From a virus: a stretch of DNA of 64,000 nucleotides. Below the pieces are notes generated by a model. It ran no database searches. It had not been told where the DNA came from and saw nothing but the letters and a program-made list of their open reading frames with translations. Below, in pieces: positions 46,624 to 56,300 of the stretch. Position 1 is the first letter of the stretch; each line of letters begins with the position of its first letter. Location of the stretch: positions 1 through 64,000 of IMG/VR virus record IMGVR_UViG_3300030329_003954. The stretch is one strand, 5' to 3'. Made by a program: the position numbers and the translations under genes.

Positions 46624-48113
46624 CGACCTAGGTAATCCATCACTCCTAGCCATTTAGGGGCAGTGCTCTTGTGTTGAGTTTGCCATTCTAAAAGACCGAA
46701 AGAGCCGTATCTCCCAAAGTCTCCTGTGAGCCTATACAGCATAAAGAGATCGGCTCCCTCACTAAACCACTCATCGAGATCGATGTAGTAAAGCTGCCGC
46801 ATACCTGGATCTCTGTTGGCTGCTACAAATAAGTTTGTAAGCGTTTGATTGTTTTGTGCGGCACCTACACCTACAAGATGCTGACCCCCTTCGTAGGCAA
46901 GCAATCTCAAGCCTCTTTGGTTTGTGTCAATTTTATTTTGCCTAGTGAACACATGGTGATTATTGACTATGTTTGCCTGACAGAGGGTGAGAAGATAGGG
47001 TATCGAAAAGGTCGGAGCTAGCGGAACGTTGTTTAGATTCCCAAAACCACCGCCAAAGTAAGGGGCGACCGCAAATGCATCAGCACTTTCATATGCATTC
47101 TGCCAGTCCATGATCTGCCTATTAATCCAAGGGTTAACACTCTGACCTGCAAGCACTCGTACAAGTCTCCTGTCATTTAACTGATTATACATGTTAGAGA
47201 ACAGGTTGAAAACTTCCACTGATCTTTGAGAATAAAATAACCAGCCAGCGTGCCAAGGCTGTGGATTAAGCCCCAAAGCCATGCCTTCATTTTGTGCGTA
47301 AGTATTTTGATCGAAGATTCCGTTCCATACTTCATTACTATATTCCAAATAAATTGTAAGTGATGGGTCTAGAGCGATTCGACATAATAAAGCAAGATAC
47401 TGAACATATAGGTCGTTTGCCATGTGAGGCACACAGATCCACATGTTCTTACATGTCTTGTTGCACAGATCAATCATGTACAACGGGTGGACACCTTCTG
47501 ATGTAGCCTGCGTGTAATTATAAAAGTTGGTAGCATCATACCAATTGATCACAGGATTATCGTTGGTCCTACCCCAATTCATGAACCTAATCGTATCGAA
47601 AGGCTCCAAGCTCTTCATGAAATCAGGATGAAATATTCTTTGTGAGTTATCATATCCAGGTAAGTAGACTCTAATATTTTCAATGGGCTGGACGATGTCA
47701 GTAATTCTAAGTGTAAAATACCCATCGCTTGGGACCTGTAAATTAATTTTAATGTGGCCTTGAGTCTGTTGAACTATTGTAACAGAACCATTACCTCCTG
47801 CTAAGGGTTGGACAGTTCCGACACCGTCGTATCGAATATTGTAGATGCCGTCAGGGTAGTTGGGAGAACCATTGGAGAATATGATAGATTCAATCCACTG
47901 ATTAGACTGAAGACTCTGAGGCCATCCCAACTCATCTGTAATGACTGTTGGGCCTGTGCCCCATGAGAATGGACTTGCTTGGTGGCTTATCCATTCACGG
48001 GAGCTTTTAAAAGCGTCTACGAAGGGAGTCTGCTGGTGCCAGTCAGTGACTGTCTCTAAATTAATACCAACAGGGCCTTGTGGGGCGAGAGCGAGCAGCA
48101 TTGAAAGTAGCAT
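46620..48113 (-). CDS. Secreted glycoside-hydrolase-like (clan GH-A, 'cellulose-binding protein' type) protein
   Basis: Signal-like MLLSMLLALAPQ; IRFMNW, MWICVPH, YLEYSNEVWN, AYEGGQH. Confidence 0.7.
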   Translation of the reverse strand: MLLSMLLALAPQGPVGINLETVTDWHQQTPFVDAFKSSREWISHQASPFSWGTGPTVITDELGWPQSLQSNQWIESIIFSNGSPNYPDGIYNIRYDGVGTVQPLAGGNGSVTIVQQTQGHIKINLQVPSDGYFTLRITDIVQPIENIRVYLPGYDNSQRIFHPDFMKSLEPFDTIRFMNWGRTNDNPVINWYDATNFYNYTQATSEGVHPLYMIDLCNKTCKNMWICVPHMANDLYVQYLALLCRIALDPSLTIYLEYSNEVWNGIFDQNTYAQNEGMALGLNPQPWHAGWLFYSQRSVEVFNLFSNMYNQLNDRRLVRVLAGQSVNPWINRQIMDWQNAYESADAFAVAPYFGGGFGNLNNVPLAPTFSIPYLLTLCQANIVNNHHVFTRQNKIDTNQRGLRLLAYEGGQHLVGVGAAQNNQTLTNLFVAANRDPGMRQLYYIDLDEWFSEGADLFMLYRLTGDFGRYGSFGLLEWQTQHKSTAPKWLGVMDYLGR

Positions 48114-48131
48114 ACCTTTATATAGGCATGG

Positions 48132-49085
48132 CTACTTTCTTATTCTTCTACCTTGTTTGTCGAATTTGAGCACGCCCATATCCTTCATCAATTGAATGTT
48201 GGCTGCCCCGGTCTTTTTACCCATCGCTCTCTTCTTAGCAGCGATCTTAGACTCCTGACCTCTGACACCCATTTTGTTGACATTCTTTTTGGACATAGGC
48301 TTCTCACTAGTGCCTTTCTTAAAGTTTTCTTTACCGCCCTTTACATCCTTTTTTACCGGGATTTGACGAGTCGGAGCACTTGGGCCTTCCGCACCTTTAG
48401 CAGGTTGAATTCTTTCTCTGCGGAACTTGCCACCGCTTCTTCCAATAGCGGCTCTGCGGCTAGGGTTCTTCTTCTTTGACACAGGCTTAGGATCTTTTTT
48501 AGCCTTTTCCTTCTTGTATGCCTCGGGATCACCTCCAGCCTGCTGAATTGAAGCAGGTGTGGTTTTCATTCGAGGATCGTTTTCTTCTTTAACACAGTTG
48601 GGGACCATCTTTTTACCCTTCTTCTTTAATCCTTTCTGAGTCCAGCCGACCCAACACCTTTCAGCTAAATCTAATCTTGCATTTTTCACACGACGAAGCA
48701 TTGCCTTGGGAACAACTTTAGGCTTTCCTTCGTTGAGTAACTTATTCACGATCATTTCACTCATTCTGTCTAAAGCGTCAGAGTTTATATCGGTTGAACA
48801 ATTCCATCTACGACGAGCCGCCTTACCACGCTCACCTGTCCATCCTCTACTTCTAGCACAGAATGACTTCCGACGTTTAGCCGCTTTGCTGCCGGGTTTC
48901 AGTTTGGAGGGAGGTGTGGTCACAGCAGTCTTCAGTTTAGAGCCTGGGTTTTGACGACGATACTTCTCAACACCTTTCTGTGTCAACCCAGCACCGCTTT
49001 TAGTAGACCTCTTGTGCCCACCCTTCTGTGTCATACCAGACATATCACCTTTTTCTAGCAAAGCTTGCTTAAACTTTCCAACCAT
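48132..49085 (-). CDS. Highly basic modular protein, putative internal head protein
   Basis: GAGLTQKGVEKYRRQNPGSKLKTAV...RRKSFCARS and CWVGWTQKGLKKKGKKMVPNCVKE modules; L-x-E sites; TAAATA and GGAG upstream. Confidence 0.6.
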   Translation of the reverse strand: MVGKFKQALLEKGDMSGMTQKGGHKRSTKSGAGLTQKGVEKYRRQNPGSKLKTAVTTPPSKLKPGSKAAKRRKSFCARSRGWTGERGKAARRRWNCSTDINSDALDRMSEMIVNKLLNEGKPKVVPKAMLRRVKNARLDLAERCWVGWTQKGLKKKGKKMVPNCVKEENDPRMKTTPASIQQAGGDPEAYKKEKAKKDPKPVSKKKNPSRRAAIGRSGGKFRRERIQPAKGAEGPSAPTRQIPVKKDVKGGKENFKKGTSEKPMSKKNVNKMGVRGQESKIAAKKRAMGKKTGAANIQLMKDMGVLKFDKQGRRIRK

Positions 49086-49115
49086 GGCTATAATACTCCT
49101 ATCCTATTTACCCCT
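49086..49115. promoter_or_regulatory. Overlapping divergent promoters: CTATAAT (+, thyX operon) and GGGG-TAAATA (-, late)
   Basis: TATAAT 49089-49094 on +; TAAATA 49110-49105 on - with GGAG SD. Confidence 0.55.
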
Positions 49116-49892
49116 ATGATAGACTTTCTTCAAGATAAAAAGAGTTCCGTTTCTTTGGTTGATCGCATGATGGCTGACTCAGCCCTTAAAACTGTCAACG
49201 CAGCTAGATGTTCTTATGATAATGAGAAAGACCTATTTGATGATAGAGATAGGAAGCTTACAAATTTTCTGTGGAAACATGAGCACACATCTCCCTTCCG
49301 TCACAGCTACTATACATTTCAATTGAAGCTGCCAATTTTTGTGGCTAGGCAGTTAATGAAATATCAGGTTGGTTCGGGGTTTAGGTCAGTAGAGGCTGAC
49401 GGAAGGGAGATATTTATTGAGGAGTTTGATCATTTGTATGATATTGACAAGGGCTGCTCCTGGAATGAAGTCAGCGGTAGATACACTAGGACATCGGATG
49501 ATTATTATCTCCCGACAGAGTTGAGATCTAATCCTCCTCATGGAAACAAGCAATCATCTGAGGAATATGAAAACCCCATGGATGAGAATACCATGGGTTA
49601 TATGTATCCAGGTGAGATTATTGAATATATGGATCAGCTATGCACTAATTCCCTACACATGTATAATCGAATGATTAAAAACGGTGTAGCTAAAGAGCAA
49701 GCAAGAGGCATCCTTCCCCAATGCATGTATACCAAGGCATACTGGACTCTCAGCCTGCAAAGTGTTATTTGGTTCTTGCATCAACGTCTAAAGCCAGACG
49801 CTCAGTATGAGATTAGGATGCTGGCTGAAGGCATCTACGAATTGATGAGAGATGATCTTTGCAAACTAGGCATTACAAAGGAGAGTCTGTGA
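49116..49892 (+). CDS. thyX: Flavin-dependent thymidylate synthase
   Basis: VNAARCSY, HTSPFRH, PIFVARQ, WNEVSGRY, KEQARGILP, AQYEIR. Confidence 0.92.
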   Translation: MIDFLQDKKSSVSLVDRMMADSALKTVNAARCSYDNEKDLFDDRDRKLTNFLWKHEHTSPFRHSYYTFQLKLPIFVARQLMKYQVGSGFRSVEADGREIFIEEFDHLYDIDKGCSWNEVSGRYTRTSDDYYLPTELRSNPPHGNKQSSEEYENPMDENTMGYMYPGEIIEYMDQLCTNSLHMYNRMIKNGVAKEQARGILPQCMYTKAYWTLSLQSVIWFLHQRLKPDAQYEIRMLAEGIYELMRDDLCKLGITKESL

Positions 49893-50941
49893 AGAAATGC
49901 CTGATCATTGGAGACACTCACTATGATACCAAATGTGAAGGCTATCTCCAAAGCCAAATAGAATCTACGATTAGGCTTGTCAATGAGCACAAGCCAACTC
50001 ATATTGTTTTCCTTGGTGACATCTATCACCATCGAAAGCCTTCACCTGATGTGATCGTAGAAACTCATAAGATGTTTCAGAAACTGGCTCTTATCCCAGG
50101 TCTAAAACTCATGTATGTGCTTAGAGGGAACCATGATTCGCAAAATAGAAACGATGACGGGTTGACTGCGCTGGAAACACTTTGCTACCCAGGGTCAAAA
50201 GTGCGGCTTGTCCAGCAGACTCACGTTGATACTAATCTTAAGTTATTACTAATACCACACTATGAAAATGAAGAAACGATTAAGGAACACTTACGTAGAG
50301 GACCTGATGATAATTATATCGCTTTCGGCCATTTCAGCTACTGTCCTGATCACCTTGGCATTCGTGGCTTTAACTCTAGCCTTACGCTGAAAGACTTTGA
50401 ATGTCGTACAATTCTTGGTCACATTCATAAGTATTTAGAGGATGAGCACGTAACTATTCTCGGAACTCCCTGGTCTACAAACTTCGGAGAAGCTGATAAT
50501 GAACATTACGTTGGCATCCTAGAGGAAACTCCTAACGGCTGGGGGCCACTTAATAAATTTAAAGTAGGATTTGGACCTCGCTTCTACGAGGCCCCCTACG
50601 ATGCTCTTGAGGCAATGGAAGAGGAGATCTCAGATCCGAGCTACTTTACTCTTCTGCGCGTTACTATTGACAAGTTCTCAGAGGATCCACCTTCTCTTCT
50701 TCGCGCTGACATTGCTAATAAATTTAAAGTGGCTTATGTCGATTTAAAGTTTCAACCCGTTTATGATGATACTTTGAACGAGAGATTGTCGGGCTATGAT
50801 CCTAATGTGCCTTTAACTGTAATTGATGCAGATATCATTGGGAAGTATATCGAAGAGCAATGCTCCACAATACCTAAGGAGAGATTAGAGGAAGGGCTAA
50901 ACCTTATCAAAGATTATGCAGATCAAGAAGATCACAGCTAA
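49889..50941 (+). CDS. gp47: Mre11/SbcD-like nuclease (gp47-like)
   Basis: GDTH, LGDIYH, GNHD, GH, GHIH metallophosphoesterase motifs; GTG start with GGAG. Confidence 0.88.
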   Translation: MKKCLIIGDTHYDTKCEGYLQSQIESTIRLVNEHKPTHIVFLGDIYHHRKPSPDVIVETHKMFQKLALIPGLKLMYVLRGNHDSQNRNDDGLTALETLCYPGSKVRLVQQTHVDTNLKLLLIPHYENEETIKEHLRRGPDDNYIAFGHFSYCPDHLGIRGFNSSLTLKDFECRTILGHIHKYLEDEHVTILGTPWSTNFGEADNEHYVGILEETPNGWGPLNKFKVGFGPRFYEAPYDALEAMEEEISDPSYFTLLRVTIDKFSEDPPSLLRADIANKFKVAYVDLKFQPVYDDTLNERLSGYDPNVPLTVIDADIIGKYIEEQCSTIPKERLEEGLNLIKDYADQEDHS

Positions 50942-52517
50942 AAACTTCTACTCATTCAAACATTTAGACCTAAACTTCTCGGACCTCGATGGGATAACCA
51001 GGATCCTGGGTCGGAACAAAGATAGTGGAGGATCCAATGGCGCTGGCAAGAGTGCTCTGTTTGAGGCTGTCACCTGGGGCATCTATGGCACCACGATTCG
51101 CAAGTCTACCGAGGCGGCTCTAGTTAACGCTCAGGCTGGCAAGGATTGCTCTGTATGCGTTGAAATTGAAAAGAAGGGTATTGGGACCATCGTAATTACG
51201 AGGTCTAAGAGACCCACTGGTTTGGACGTAGAAGTTAACGGCACCTTGGTAAACAAGTCTAATGCGACTCAAACTCAAGAGGCATTAGAGGAATTGCTTG
51301 AGAGCGACTACAAATCTTTCCTTGCATCAGTGGTGTTTGGTCAACACTCTACATTCACCTTTCTCGATTCGACCCCAGAAGATAAGCGTAAGATTATTAA
51401 GAACTGTTTTAACCTTGATGACATTTTCTCAAAGCGTGCATCCGTTAAGCAATTAAAGTCTTCGTACCAAGGCGAGTTAAAGGTAATTGGAACTCTGTTA
51501 GCTAATCTTATCAACGAGAGAGATAAGTTGCAGGCTGAAGTCCCTGATGAGAAGTATAAGCTCATGAAGCTCCCAAGCCTGGAGAATATTCTAAAAGATG
51601 AATCCAAGATCGCTGAAAATGAGAAACACATACGAGAGTATCAACGAGCGATAAAAAAAGAACGTGACCGTCTTCGTAGAGTTAACGATGCAATTAAGGA
51701 AGGAGTCTACGAGGAAGAAAAAGAATGCCATGTCTGTAAAAGCACTTACTCCAAGTCTCAAACAAAAAAGGACATAGCGGAACTTAAGAAAGAAGCGAAA
51801 GAGTTAACAAGCCAACTTAAAGATAAGGAGATCTTGGTAAAGGACCTCAGAGACATTAATGACACATCAAAGCCGAAGATTTCTTCGTCTGAGTGGGCAA
51901 AATACAATAAGAAAAATAAACAGATTGAGAATGCTCAAAGTAGCATACATAGATTATCCCAAGTGTCAGCGCAGTTAGAGGAATATGAAGCCAAAAGACT
52001 TGAGCTTGATTCTTTACTTGAGGTTATGAAGTTCTGGGAGATTGCTTTCTCAGAAAAGGGGCTTATTCGTTACATCATTAGGAACATTTTGGATTACTTT
52101 AACTTACGATCTAACGAGTATGCTTCAATCCTTACTGGTGGACAGTTCTCTTTGGAGTTCAACGATGAACTGTCAGAAACCATTTGTAACAACAACGTAG
52201 AGACCAAGTATATTTCTTTATCTGGGGGTGAGAAAAGGAAGGTCAACCTAGCTATAATGCTTGCCCTTCAAGATCTTAGCTCTAAGATTTCGAGAACTGA
52301 TTGCAACCTCTTGTTCTTTGATGAGGTTTGTGATAACATCGACAATCCTGGTATCTTGGCCGTTAACAGTCTTCTTCGCACTTTAGAATCCCAGAACCCT
52401 GAGAAGAAGGTCTTAGTGATTACACATAATAACTATTTACAGGAACTTCTGGGGGATACGAACGCAATTACAGTTAGAAAACACAAAGGTATTAGCAAGA
52501 TTAGCAATGGCAATTAA
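50916..52517 (+). CDS. gp46: Rad50/SbcC-like ATPase (gp46-like)
   Basis: NGAGKS Walker A, CHVC zinc hook, LSGGE signature, FFDE, ITH. Confidence 0.92.
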   Translation: MQIKKITAKNFYSFKHLDLNFSDLDGITRILGRNKDSGGSNGAGKSALFEAVTWGIYGTTIRKSTEAALVNAQAGKDCSVCVEIEKKGIGTIVITRSKRPTGLDVEVNGTLVNKSNATQTQEALEELLESDYKSFLASVVFGQHSTFTFLDSTPEDKRKIIKNCFNLDDIFSKRASVKQLKSSYQGELKVIGTLLANLINERDKLQAEVPDEKYKLMKLPSLENILKDESKIAENEKHIREYQRAIKKERDRLRRVNDAIKEGVYEEEKECHVCKSTYSKSQTKKDIAELKKEAKELTSQLKDKEILVKDLRDINDTSKPKISSSEWAKYNKKNKQIENAQSSIHRLSQVSAQLEEYEAKRLELDSLLEVMKFWEIAFSEKGLIRYIIRNILDYFNLRSNEYASILTGGQFSLEFNDELSETICNNNVETKYISLSGGEKRKVNLAIMLALQDLSSKISRTDCNLLFFDEVCDNIDNPGILAVNSLLRTLESQNPEKKVLVITHNNYLQELLGDTNAITVRKHKGISKISNGN

Positions 52518-54411
52518 ACAATTGGATAGTATAGGTCAAGAAATTTTCATGTCTCGTTACGCTTACCCAGGCGAAACGAAATATTCAGAGAGATGTAAGG
52601 CGATGGCGAAGCACATCGCATCTGTTGAAGGTGATGAAGAAATTGAAAAGTATGAGAAGAAGTTCTACGACGCCCTCAGCACTGGTGATCTTGTACCTGG
52701 GGGTCGTATTATTTATGGTGCTGGCCGTAGTCAGCAAAATCTTCTCAATTGTTACGCTATTGAGCCTGACGACAGTGTAGAATCTATCGGTAAGACCATT
52801 CAAGATATGTATCGCATCTCCTGTGGGGGTGGTGGCATTGGTTTTAACTTCTCTAAGATTCGCCCGAAGGGCGATGACATTGGTAACGTGAAGAACTCTG
52901 CTCCTGGCTCTGTGTCGGTGATGCAAATGATTAACGAGGTAGGAAATCATGTTAAAGCAGGTAAAAACAGACGAACAGCACTTATGGCAGAACTTAATGT
53001 GGATCACCCTGATCTACTGGACTTTTTGCATATTAAGCTGGATCTTTCTCAGTTAACAAACTTCAACATCTCAGTTGCGATTACTGATAAGTTTATTGAA
53101 GCATGTGAAAATGATGACACTTGGCAGTTTAAGTTTGGCAACCGGGATTACAAGGTGTACTCGGCAAACAGAATCTCCAGTGATGGACACAGTGAGGTTA
53201 TCAACATTGTCGCACTGTCTGAAGAGGATGCTCTTGGTCGTGCGAAGCAACACCATCTTCGTGGCTGGGATGACCAATTTGAGGATGTTCAGGAAGTTCA
53301 ATTCAAGGCTATTGACCTGTGGAATCGACTGTGGAAGAATGCTGTGAAGTCTGGTGAGCCGGGTATCTTTAACCTGTCGCTGACAAATCGTTACACCAAC
53401 ATGTCCTACTTCCTTCGCATGAATGCCACTAACCCTTGTGGTGAGATTCCATTAGACTCTTACGCCAATTGCTGCTTGGGTCATATCAATCTGTCCAACA
53501 TGGTGAACGAGGATTCTAGCGATTTGGATTGGAATCGGCTTGCTAGGACTATTCGCACTGGCATTCGATTCCTCGACAATACTCTAACTGCAAATCACTA
53601 CCCTATTGAAGAGTGTAAGATTGCAGGTGATCGCTCCCGCCGTATTGGTTTGGGCACGATGGGTTTGCACCACATGCTTATCAAACTTGGCATCAAGTAT
53701 GGCACGGACAAATGCATTGAGTTTATTGATCGACTCTATACCACGATTCGTAACGAGTCTTACCTTGCGTCGGTTTACATCGCCCGTGAGCGTGGCTCTT
53801 TCCCCGAGTTCAATGCTCGCAAATACCTGAACGAAGAGTTCGCTAAGACGCTTCCGGCTCGTATCAGGATGCTTATTAAGGAGCATGGCATTCGTAATGC
53901 TGTCATGCTTACTGCCGCTCCCACGGGTACTGTCGGTATGATTCACGGTGCGTCTACGGGTATTGAACCCATCTTTGCCCCGATGTATGATCGCCGCTAC
54001 CGTGAGGGTAATACTTGGAAGTCTCAGATGGTTCTCGATCCTCTGTTCAAAAAAGATCTAGAATCTGGTGGCAATGGTCGTCACATTGTAGGATCCTATG
54101 ATATTACTCCTGAGCAACACATGGCTGTTCAGGCATGTATTCAAAAGTATGTGGACAATGCAATCAGTAAGACTATCAATCTCCCTGAAGATGCTGATTA
54201 CGAAGTTGTTTCCAAAATGGCTTTGAAGTATGCTCCTTATCTTAAGGGCATGACTGTCTATCGTGCGGGTTCGAAGGGCATGGAGCCACTCAAAGCCCTG
54301 CCACTTACTGACGAAAATATTGCCAAGGCTAAGGAACTTATTGCAAGCGATCAAGCTGAATCAGAAATGGCTGTGGAAGCCTGCAAGATTGGTGGGGAGT
54401 GTGGAGCCTAA
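52507..54411 (+). CDS. nrdJ: Ribonucleotide reductase, probably class II (B12-dependent)
   Basis: PGGRI, LLNCY, NFNISV, TNPCGEIPL, CCLGHINL, APTGT; no beta subunit adjacent. Confidence 0.8.
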   Translation: MAIKQLDSIGQEIFMSRYAYPGETKYSERCKAMAKHIASVEGDEEIEKYEKKFYDALSTGDLVPGGRIIYGAGRSQQNLLNCYAIEPDDSVESIGKTIQDMYRISCGGGGIGFNFSKIRPKGDDIGNVKNSAPGSVSVMQMINEVGNHVKAGKNRRTALMAELNVDHPDLLDFLHIKLDLSQLTNFNISVAITDKFIEACENDDTWQFKFGNRDYKVYSANRISSDGHSEVINIVALSEEDALGRAKQHHLRGWDDQFEDVQEVQFKAIDLWNRLWKNAVKSGEPGIFNLSLTNRYTNMSYFLRMNATNPCGEIPLDSYANCCLGHINLSNMVNEDSSDLDWNRLARTIRTGIRFLDNTLTANHYPIEECKIAGDRSRRIGLGTMGLHHMLIKLGIKYGTDKCIEFIDRLYTTIRNESYLASVYIARERGSFPEFNARKYLNEEFAKTLPARIRMLIKEHGIRNAVMLTAAPTGTVGMIHGASTGIEPIFAPMYDRRYREGNTWKSQMVLDPLFKKDLESGGNGRHIVGSYDITPEQHMAVQACIQKYVDNAISKTINLPEDADYEVVSKMALKYAPYLKGMTVYRAGSKGMEPLKALPLTDENIAKAKELIASDQAESEMAVEACKIGGECGA

Positions 54412-54968
54412 TGCCTTACTATAACTATTACTGCGTGGAGTGTGACAAAGAAGAAATGCGTCACATTCCTTTGGTGGATGACGTATTCACTGAACAAGTT
54501 TTAGTTAGTAGCCTCAGTCAGGAAGAGATTGATGCTCTCCCTGACTGGGACGATCCTAGGGATTATGAAGTTTATAAGGAAGTTAAGTATGGAGATATGC
54601 CACCTGATGTGGTAGACTGTCTCTGTGGAGGCAAAGGCGAGCGTCTGGTTGACGGAGCACCAATGATTAAGCATGGTAGAAACTCTTACCAAGCAATGAA
54701 GGAACGTCAACGCTACCACACTGAAGGTATGGATAAAGTGCAAGCAGAAAAGTTCTATAAAGAATCTTGCGAAGCAACAAAAGAAAGAATTAAAACAGGC
54801 GATCAGCACTACAAGAGGGTGGTTCCTAATTGGAAAGTCCTTGAGAAGGAAGGAGTCGTCAAAAGAACTAGCTCTGATCAAGCCACAAAGAACAGAGAAA
54901 TTTTAAAGCAAGCAAACATTCAAGCAACAAAAGACGGTACCATCGGAAAAGCAGCTAGGAAAAAGTAG
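54411..54968 (+). CDS. FmdB-like zinc-ribbon protein with an internal insertion
   Basis: MPYYNYYCVEC...CLCGGKGERLV. Confidence 0.55.
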   Translation: MPYYNYYCVECDKEEMRHIPLVDDVFTEQVLVSSLSQEEIDALPDWDDPRDYEVYKEVKYGDMPPDVVDCLCGGKGERLVDGAPMIKHGRNSYQAMKERQRYHTEGMDKVQAEKFYKESCEATKERIKTGDQHYKRVVPNWKVLEKEGVVKRTSSDQATKNREILKQANIQATKDGTIGKAARKK

Positions 54969-54977
54969 ACCCTGACC

Positions 54978-54989
54978 CTATCATAAACT
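54978..54989 (+). promoter_or_regulatory. CTATCAT -10-like element 5 nt before the helicase ATG
   Basis: CTATCAT-AAACT-ATG; no SD. Confidence 0.6.
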
Positions 54990-56300
54990 ATGCCCTACCA
55001 TATTAGCGACAACACCAAGCGTGGTTGTCTGTACCTTCTCAAGAAGGACATTGAGTTCTTCTCTGAGATCGTTCCACTTCTAAAGGCTGATTACTTCGAC
55101 TTTCCTGCTTACAAGAATGTTTTCTTGGGGGTAAGGAATTACTACGATAAGTATCGAAAGCTGCCCTCTGACTCAGTTCTGCCAGACTACATTAATGCTA
55201 GCGTCTCTGGTGCGGCTGACACTGGTATTGATTACGAGAATACCATTGCAGAGATCAACACTATCGACAAGTCTTGCCTTGGTGACCGTGAATTCCTTCT
55301 CGACACCGTAGAAGAGTTCGCTCGCCAAAAGGCAATGGACGGTGCGGTTCGTAAAGCGATGGTCATCCTAAACGAAGAGGGTGAAATCGCAGAGGTTGAG
55401 GAGCTTGTAAAGAACGCGCTACTCGTAAATCGCAACGTAGACGTTGGCCAGGACTACTTTGAAGAAGTTAACGCTCGCCTATACAGATCTTACCAGGATA
55501 ACAACCAGCGAAAAATTTCTACAGTCTTCGCTACCCATGATAGGCACCTTGAAGGTGGTTTAGCAGCTAAAGAGCTTGCCATTGTGGTCGCACCTCCAGG
55601 TGTTGGTAAGTCACTATACCTTGTGAACCAGGGTGCTCATGCCATCTATGAGGGTAAGAATGTCTTGTATCTCTCATTGGAGATGAGCCAAGATAAGATC
55701 GCAGGACGATTCGACTCTGTGCTCACAGAGATTCGTAATGCTGATCTCAAGAAGCCTCATGCTCAGTTGAAACTTAAGGATCGCCTTAAAGAAGTTCAGA
55801 AGAAAACCAACGGCAGGCTGATTATTAAAGAATTCCCAACGGGTGCATCTAATGTAAATCAGTTGCGAGCCCTGCTGGTACAGTTGCGACTTCACAAGGA
55901 CTTCGTACCTGATCTGATTATTGTAGACTACCTGGAGCTTCTACGTCCAAACCGTATTATTGATTCTGAGTATCAAGCTCAACAGAGAATCGCAGAGGAG
56001 CTTCGAGGGCTTGCGGTCGAGCATAATTGCCTTGTCTGGACAGCCTCTCAAACCAACCGTCAGGCACGCCGTGTCAACATTATCACAGACGCAGAGCTTG
56101 GCGACTCCTATGGAAAAATCCGCCCTGCTGACTGGGTCATCTCTTTGAATCAGACTCAAGAGGAGTATGATGAGGGTCAAATGCGGGTCTTCGTTATTAA
56201 GGCTCGTGACTCGAAACAGCACTATCTAATTAATATTGGGATCGACTACACGACCCTTCAGATGAGAGAACCATCACATGAAGAACAGCAAGCCGAGTGA
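54990..56300 (+). CDS. gp41: Replicative SF4 helicase (gp41/DnaB-like)
   Basis: APPGVGKS, YLSLEM, IKEFPTG, IIVDYLELL, WTASQTNR. Confidence 0.93.
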   Translation: MPYHISDNTKRGCLYLLKKDIEFFSEIVPLLKADYFDFPAYKNVFLGVRNYYDKYRKLPSDSVLPDYINASVSGAADTGIDYENTIAEINTIDKSCLGDREFLLDTVEEFARQKAMDGAVRKAMVILNEEGEIAEVEELVKNALLVNRNVDVGQDYFEEVNARLYRSYQDNNQRKISTVFATHDRHLEGGLAAKELAIVVAPPGVGKSLYLVNQGAHAIYEGKNVLYLSLEMSQDKIAGRFDSVLTEIRNADLKKPHAQLKLKDRLKEVQKKTNGRLIIKEFPTGASNVNQLRALLVQLRLHKDFVPDLIIVDYLELLRPNRIIDSEYQAQQRIAEELRGLAVEHNCLVWTASQTNRQARRVNIITDAELGDSYGKIRPADWVISLNQTQEEYDEGQMRVFVIKARDSKQHYLINIGIDYTTLQMREPSHEEQQAE

